Of a stretch of DNA of 64,000 bases, positions 59,710 through 64,000 are shown in pieces (position 1 is the stretch's first letter; each line of letters begins with the position of its first letter). The position numbers and the translations under genes are program-made. The stretch comes from an uncultured virus (IMG/VR IMGVR_UViG_3300022602_000034) (taxonomy: Duplodnaviria; Heunggongvirae; Uroviricota; Caudoviricetes), in the IMG/VR virus record IMGVR_UViG_3300022602_000034; one strand, given 5' to 3'. A model generated the notes under the pieces. It searched no databases, had not been told where the DNA came from, and saw nothing but the letters and a program-made list of their open reading frames with translations.

Positions 59710-59966
59710 AACTACTGAGATACAATGCTAGACTTAGTACAGGAAAAGAGAATTTTGAGAACTGGACGAAAGTAAATAGTGTCATTCAAAAAAACATGAC
59801 TCCTGAAATCAGTGAAAGATGGATGAAGGATGGGTATGAAGGACTAGCTGACGAGTGGATATTAGAGTACTACGGAATCAATCGTATCTATCGTGATGAA
59901 AATCAATCTATGACATTTGAATTTACTGAGCAGCAGTGGACTTGGTTTTTGTTGAGGTGGTTATGA
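59706..59966 (+). CDS. array member 2
   Basis: Ends WTWFLLRWL. Confidence 0.7.
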   Translation: MKLLRYNARLSTGKENFENWTKVNSVIQKNMTPEISERWMKDGYEGLADEWILEYYGINRIYRDENQSMTFEFTEQQWTWFLLRWL

Positions 59967-60175
59967 AAGTAATTAAATGGTACGAACCCGCATTCAATCC
60001 AATAATGGAACTGATTGAGCGTGAAGCAAAAGAATCAAACTGTGGCAACAGTGAAGGTATGCGTGTGATTGCCGAATACAAGTACGGTGTTAAGATTAGT
60101 AAGTTTGAAGGTGACTGGCGTAGGATTACTGTCTTAGATGAAAAGAAGTATGCTTGGCTATTGTTAAAGATTTGA
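59963..60175 (+). CDS. array member 3
   Basis: Ends DEKKYAWLLLKI. Confidence 0.65.
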   Translation: MKVIKWYEPAFNPIMELIEREAKESNCGNSEGMRVIAEYKYGVKISKFEGDWRRITVLDEKKYAWLLLKI

Positions 60176-60180
60176 AACCG

Positions 60181-60402
60181 ATGAATAAGATAGATAGTTT
60201 AATGAAACAATGGTTTGAAGAACAAGAACTCAATGATAAGTACTGGCCCTATCAGTATGAACTCAAAGACTGGCAGCATATCTACATGGTTGAAAGATTT
60301 TGCTATAGTAATTTCAAAAGTTCTAACTGGCGTAATCGTGGAAGATACTTTGGATTCAAACGCAAACAAGATTATGAATGGTTCTTGTTGAGGTGGCTAT
60401 AA
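60181..60402 (+). CDS. array member 4
   Basis: Ends FGFKRKQDYEWFLLRWL. Confidence 0.7.
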   Translation: MNKIDSLMKQWFEEQELNDKYWPYQYELKDWQHIYMVERFCYSNFKSSNWRNRGRYFGFKRKQDYEWFLLRWL

Positions 60403-60616
60403 TGTATACAAGTATTTGGTATCATGTTGGTGATAACTGTCCAAAAAAAGACGGTTACTACTTGGCATACAAAAAGTCAAGTTTAGGTGACGATGAAGAA
60501 GGTTATGGAGAGACACAGAAGATTTTTCTATGAATGATGTAGGTGGTCGTGATGTGTTGTTCTTTGCCTTCAAAAACGAAAAAGATTTAACATGGTTTAA
60601 GTTGAGATGGAAATGA
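60402..60616 (+). pseudogene. chimeric remnant: truncated unrelated ORF joined out of frame to the C-terminal half of an array member
   Basis: MYTSIWYHVGDNCPKKDGYYLAY...* (60402-60533); another frame gives ...WRDTEDFSMNDVGGRDVLFFAFKNEKDLTWFKLRWK* (ends 60616). Confidence 0.6.
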
Positions 60617-60915
60617 AAACATTTACTGCAAATTGGACGACAGAAGATAGTTACACTGATACTGATACTATTATGTCTTTGGCTTTCAGTAGAGAAATAC
60701 AAGAAGCAATTAACAATGAAACAATGGTTGATATTCACAAGACACAAGGTTGGACTGTTGTTGCGCTTCCTAGATTTAAAGACATGAGGCATGCGGTTGA
60801 CGTTAATGATTGGTGTGTAGTTAATGTAGGTGCAGGTAAGTGGAACAAGTTTGGTAGTACGTATACGTTTAAAGAACAAAAACATGCCGAGTGGTTCATT
60901 TTACGATGGCTGTGA
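60613..60915 (+). CDS. array member 5 with a capsid-like N-terminal segment
   Basis: TANWTTE...IMSLAFSREIQEAINNE; ends FKEQKHAEWFILRWL. Confidence 0.7.
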   Translation: MKTFTANWTTEDSYTDTDTIMSLAFSREIQEAINNETMVDIHKTQGWTVVALPRFKDMRHAVDVNDWCVVNVGAGKWNKFGSTYTFKEQKHAEWFILRWL

Positions 60916-61115
60916 TTGTTAGCAAATACATTTACGGAGACTACAACTCGGATGAAGCAGTAGAATGGGCTATTAACAATTGTCCTAGTTTTGAAAAGTT
61001 TATGATAGTTGAACTTGAATGGGAAGAAAAACAAGAAAGAGATTGTTGGTTTAGACTTGATGTATACTTTACAGATGAGCGTGATGCAACTTTTTATTCA
61101 CTAAGATGGATATGA
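60912..61115 (+). CDS. array member 6
   Basis: Ends YFTDERDATFYSLRWI. Confidence 0.7.
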   Translation: MIVSKYIYGDYNSDEAVEWAINNCPSFEKFMIVELEWEEKQERDCWFRLDVYFTDERDATFYSLRWI

Positions 61116-61339
61116 CAAGAAAATTAAACAAAAGTGTTTGGCCCTATAATATCTATTTTAAAGATAAAGATAATTGGGATGACAATGATACTACCAACAC
61201 TGAACGACTTGATTGGATTCGTGAAAATCTTAATGAGAACATTCGCAACAGAATCTTTATCCTTGAAGATAGTACCGGTATGATGTATTACTTCAAAGAA
61301 GAAAAAGACTATCAATGGTTCCTATGGAGATGGGTGTGA
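61112..61339 (+). CDS. array member 7
   Basis: Ends YFKEEKDYQWFLWRWV. Confidence 0.7.
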   Translation: MTRKLNKSVWPYNIYFKDKDNWDDNDTTNTERLDWIRENLNENIRNRIFILEDSTGMMYYFKEEKDYQWFLWRWV

Positions 61340-61587
61340 TGGATTTTGAACTTGCTGAAGGTAAAGTATATGGTGCAAAATACTATACGGTAAAACCAGT
61401 AGTGCCTGAAATGTATCATCAAATCCAACAGACATGGCTCGACATGATACAGTGGAATGTTGAGACATTCGGTCCATCACTAAAAGAAGATGTCGTCGAA
61501 CCTGGCGGTCGCTGGTACGCTAACAATGCAAAGTTTTGGTTTAAGAACAAAGCAGACCGAGACTGGTTTTTATTGAGGTGGGAATAA
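61339..61587 (+). CDS. array member 8
   Basis: WNVETFGP...WFKNKADRDWFLLRWE. Confidence 0.7.
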   Translation: MDFELAEGKVYGAKYYTVKPVVPEMYHQIQQTWLDMIQWNVETFGPSLKEDVVEPGGRWYANNAKFWFKNKADRDWFLLRWE

Positions 61588-61832
61588 TGACAGTAGAAGC
61601 AACAAAAGAATTTGTACAGATGATTGACAAGTCTGCTAGGGAATGGCGTGCTAGAAAAACCCAATTAGACGAAAAATATCATCACTTTGATTTGTATGCC
61701 GAAGACTTTTTTGGCATCATAGTTGACTTTCAATTATGTGATAACATGGTAGCAGTGTTTGGTGCAGAAGTAATTGATGAAGACAAATACATTAATTTCT
61801 TATTAACATATGGTGAAGTACATGAAGGCTAA
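61587..61832 (+). CDS. array member 9
   Basis: VIDEDKYINFLLTYG. Confidence 0.65.
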   Translation: MTVEATKEFVQMIDKSAREWRARKTQLDEKYHHFDLYAEDFFGIIVDFQLCDNMVAVFGAEVIDEDKYINFLLTYGEVHEG

Positions 61833-62088
61833 GACACAAGAACTAGGATCATTTACCTATTGGACTGAACATTACTACGGAAGCAAACGCAACATTACCA
61901 CTATCAGTTGGAAGGGTAAGGGTGAAGTTGACACTAATGAAATTCGTAAATGGTGTAAGAAGACATTTGGTAAGAGTGGCTACCGTGAAGACATTGAAGA
62001 TAGTTACTGGGTAGACAATACCGAAGTTGGTGAAATCATGTTGTGCAAAGATGAGTTTCTTACTATGTTTCTATTGAGGTGGACATGA
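61822..62088 (+). CDS. array member 10
   Basis: WCKKTFG...FLTMFLLRWT. Confidence 0.7.
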   Translation: MKAKTQELGSFTYWTEHYYGSKRNITTISWKGKGEVDTNEIRKWCKKTFGKSGYREDIEDSYWVDNTEVGEIMLCKDEFLTMFLLRWT

Positions 62089-62474
62089 CACAATACGATC
62101 CTAACACAGCCGCTAATGTAACGGCTACGGCACAGCAGATACTCATGCCCATGATTAAAAAATTTACACCCACATTACTGGCAATGGCACATAGTATCTT
62201 GGGCGTACAACCTATGACTGGGTCTGTTGGTCAAATCTTTTCCATAGGAGCCAGCTACAAACCACAATCCAAATACAAATTCAGTCGTGCCAAGTGGTAC
62301 GAAGCAGACCATCGCTACGAAGACTACGAGGAAGTTATAGCATGGTGTACTGAACATTTTGGCCCACGACCTCGTTATCCTGATGCATGGACACGCTGGG
62401 CTGATATTCACATTGATAAAATTCGATTCCGTGACGAAAAAGATTATGCTTGGTTTGTATTACGCTGGTCATGA
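62085..62474 (+). CDS. array member 11 with a major-capsid (Gol-region)-like N-terminal segment
   Basis: ILMPMIKKFTPTLLA..HSILGVQPMTGSVGQIFSI; WCTEHFGP; ends FRDEKDYAWFVLRWS. Confidence 0.75.
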   Translation: MTQYDPNTAANVTATAQQILMPMIKKFTPTLLAMAHSILGVQPMTGSVGQIFSIGASYKPQSKYKFSRAKWYEADHRYEDYEEVIAWCTEHFGPRPRYPDAWTRWADIHIDKIRFRDEKDYAWFVLRWS

Positions 62475-62746
62475 AATATAATCTCAATAGAAGCATAGGC
62501 TGGAACTTAGATATGACCAACATGATAATAACACAACGAATTTATAATGGCGCTGATTGTTATAATTGGACTGAATATTTTGCTATCATTCCTAGACGAA
62601 CCGTATCAGGTAAACTAGTATTCTGGCAAAAAGCATATAAGCGTAAGTTCTGGGCAGTGTGGGGTAATGGGTTTCATATGGAACCTGAAGTTGAATACGG
62701 GACACTGTTTGATGTTTTGACACATCCCTGTGTCAACGCCCCATAA
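62471..62746 (+). CDS. hypothetical protein inside the array (not LRW type)
   Basis: WTEYFAIIPRRTVSGKLVFW; ATGA-coupled. Confidence 0.6.
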   Translation: MKYNLNRSIGWNLDMTNMIITQRIYNGADCYNWTEYFAIIPRRTVSGKLVFWQKAYKRKFWAVWGNGFHMEPEVEYGTLFDVLTHPCVNAP

Positions 62747-62778
62747 GGTTTGTGCGTTATTAGTATACAGGAGTAGAT

Positions 62779-62973
62779 ATGACTTATTCTGAATGCCACA
62801 ATAACGCACACTGGACGACCAAAACCGTTGGTCCTTTTTTGAGAAAAATGCATGATAAAGTTGAGAGGTGGTGCGATATCTATTTGGGCAACAATAACTA
62901 TTGCAGCGACGGATACCATTATTCTTTCAAATATAAAAAGCATGCGGAAATGTTTGCTTTAAGATGGCTGTAA
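62779..62973 (+). CDS. array member 12
   Basis: RWCDIYLG...FKYKKHAEMFALRWL. Confidence 0.7.
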   Translation: MTYSECHNNAHWTTKTVGPFLRKMHDKVERWCDIYLGNNNYCSDGYHYSFKYKKHAEMFALRWL

Positions 62974-63206
62974 CTATAAAATTACCAAAAGGATTAGAAC
63001 CAAAACAAGAACAGTGGCTTATTAAGAATATAGGCCCGAGACTCCATTACATGCACAACTCAATAGGTGGACAAGGTTGGATCGCAAAAAAACAAAAGGT
63101 TATAGTTCAGAATGAGGATGTAGGAACTCACAGTTCTGTAGTTCAATGGGATTTAACTTTCCAAGATGACAAGATGGCAACTTGGTTCACAATTATGTTT
63201 TCATAA
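62964..63206 (+). CDS. array member 13
   Basis: WLIKNIGP...FQDDKMATWFTIMFS. Confidence 0.65.
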   Translation: MAVTIKLPKGLEPKQEQWLIKNIGPRLHYMHNSIGGQGWIAKKQKVIVQNEDVGTHSSVVQWDLTFQDDKMATWFTIMFS

Positions 63207-63424
63207 TGTTACAAGTTAGATTGATAGACAAGATGCCCAATGAGATTATGGACATTGTTAGAGAACTTAGACAACAGGGGTATACTCAAGGTACTGATTT
63301 TGATTTTGCGTACAATAAACCCAAATATGATGACTTGAGCCATGATGCAGTGTATAATAGACATACTGTGTTTACATTCTACAAAGAAGAATTAGCAACA
63401 TGGTTTAGTCTAAGGTATGAATAA
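63206..63424 (+). CDS. array member 14
   Basis: Ends FYKEELATWFSLRYE. Confidence 0.7.
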   Translation: MLQVRLIDKMPNEIMDIVRELRQQGYTQGTDFDFAYNKPKYDDLSHDAVYNRHTVFTFYKEELATWFSLRYE

Positions 63425-63705
63425 TGGCAATAGCAGGAATTGGTAATAGTACAGGTACATTTGCACCATTGCAACATGTAACTCAACCTGATCGCACCTC
63501 TTACGAAACAACTAGTCGTGGTCGTATTACTCATAAGATTGATTTGAATTATCAAAAGGTTGATCCAAATGATTATATCAAATGGTGTCGTAGAAATTTA
63601 GGTGAGCGCGGTATTGCTTGGGACTTCTGGTTAGCCGGAAACGTGTTATATATTGAAATCTGGGACGACAAGGCAAAGTTTATTTACGAAATGTGGAAGA
63701 ACTAA
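63424..63705 (+). CDS. array member 15
   Basis: KWCRRNLGERG...WDDKAKFIYEMWKN. Confidence 0.6.
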   Translation: MAIAGIGNSTGTFAPLQHVTQPDRTSYETTSRGRITHKIDLNYQKVDPNDYIKWCRRNLGERGIAWDFWLAGNVLYIEIWDDKAKFIYEMWKN

Positions 63706-64000
63706 ATGGCAGCGGACATTATGATTGACATTGAGAGTTTGTCAACAGACCCTTATTGTGTTATACTTACAATTGGTGCAGTGCGCTTTGATCCAAAAGG
63801 TACTGGCATCGCTGAGAGATTGGAACTCAGACCAACAATCGAAGAACAGACAGACACATACAATAGGATAATTGATGATGATACATTACGTTGGTGGGGT
63901 GAGCAGTCAGCAGCAGCCCAAGAAGAAGCATTGGGGGACAGAGATAGAATCTCATTTAAAGAATGCATGGAAAAGTTATATAGCTTCTGCTGGAATCGCC
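63706..64000 (+). CDS. DEDD 3'-5' exo(ribo)nuclease, partial (runs off the window)
   Basis: MAADIMIDIESLSTDPYCVILTIGAVRFDP...DTLRWW. Confidence 0.8.
   Translation, partial: MAADIMIDIESLSTDPYCVILTIGAVRFDPKGTGIAERLELRPTIEEQTDTYNRIIDDDTLRWWGEQSAAAQEEALGDRDRISFKECMEKLYSFCWNR

Noticed and set aside
60397..61034. Minus-strand ORFs of 162 and 99 aa
   Set aside because: Antisense to coupled plus-strand array genes, with no recognisable motifs
59473..63705. Diversity-generating retroelement or integron as the source of the array
   Set aside because: No reverse transcriptase, integrase, near-identical TR/VR pair or attC-like palindromes are visible in the window
1..64000. Genome-wide TAG recoding (genetic code 15)
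   Set aside because: Long genes are intact in code 11, and TAG terminates several genes normally (10232, 21019, 29138, 59528); only one internal TAG was seen

Overview
This window is a 64-kb AT-rich fragment of a large T4-like (probably jumbo) phage genome. Hallmark genes include terminase large subunit, gp32-type SSB, UvsX/UvsY/UvsW, thyA, a damaged DHFR, gp38-like adhesins, tail-fibre and baseplate proteins, and spanins. Accessory content includes a glycosyltransferase/radical-SAM/carbamoyltransferase cluster, a porin, rubrerythrin plus rubredoxin, a PlcP-like phosphoesterase with RimK and a GT4, a MoxR-AAA/VWA module and a secreted nuclease. RNA genes are a circularly permuted two-piece tmRNA with alphaproteobacterial signatures and a degenerate tRNA with a CUA (amber) anticodon inside an ORF; a nearby gene has an in-frame TAG at codon 5. 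The most striking unexplained system is an array (59.5-63.7 kb) of about 15 small, divergent, translationally coupled paralogs ending in a F-x-L-R-W motif. In several members the L-R-W codons (TTGAGGTGG) also form the Shine-Dalgarno site of the next gene. Two members carry N-terminal segments resembling different parts of the T4-type major capsid protein, one of them the Gol-peptide region. Repeated sigma70 promoter cassettes and a TAAATA late motif both appear to drive leaderless mRNAs. One scaffold gap with a duplicated flank (28.3-28.7 kb) is an assembly artefact. All family calls come from motif recognition by eye, not from database searches.
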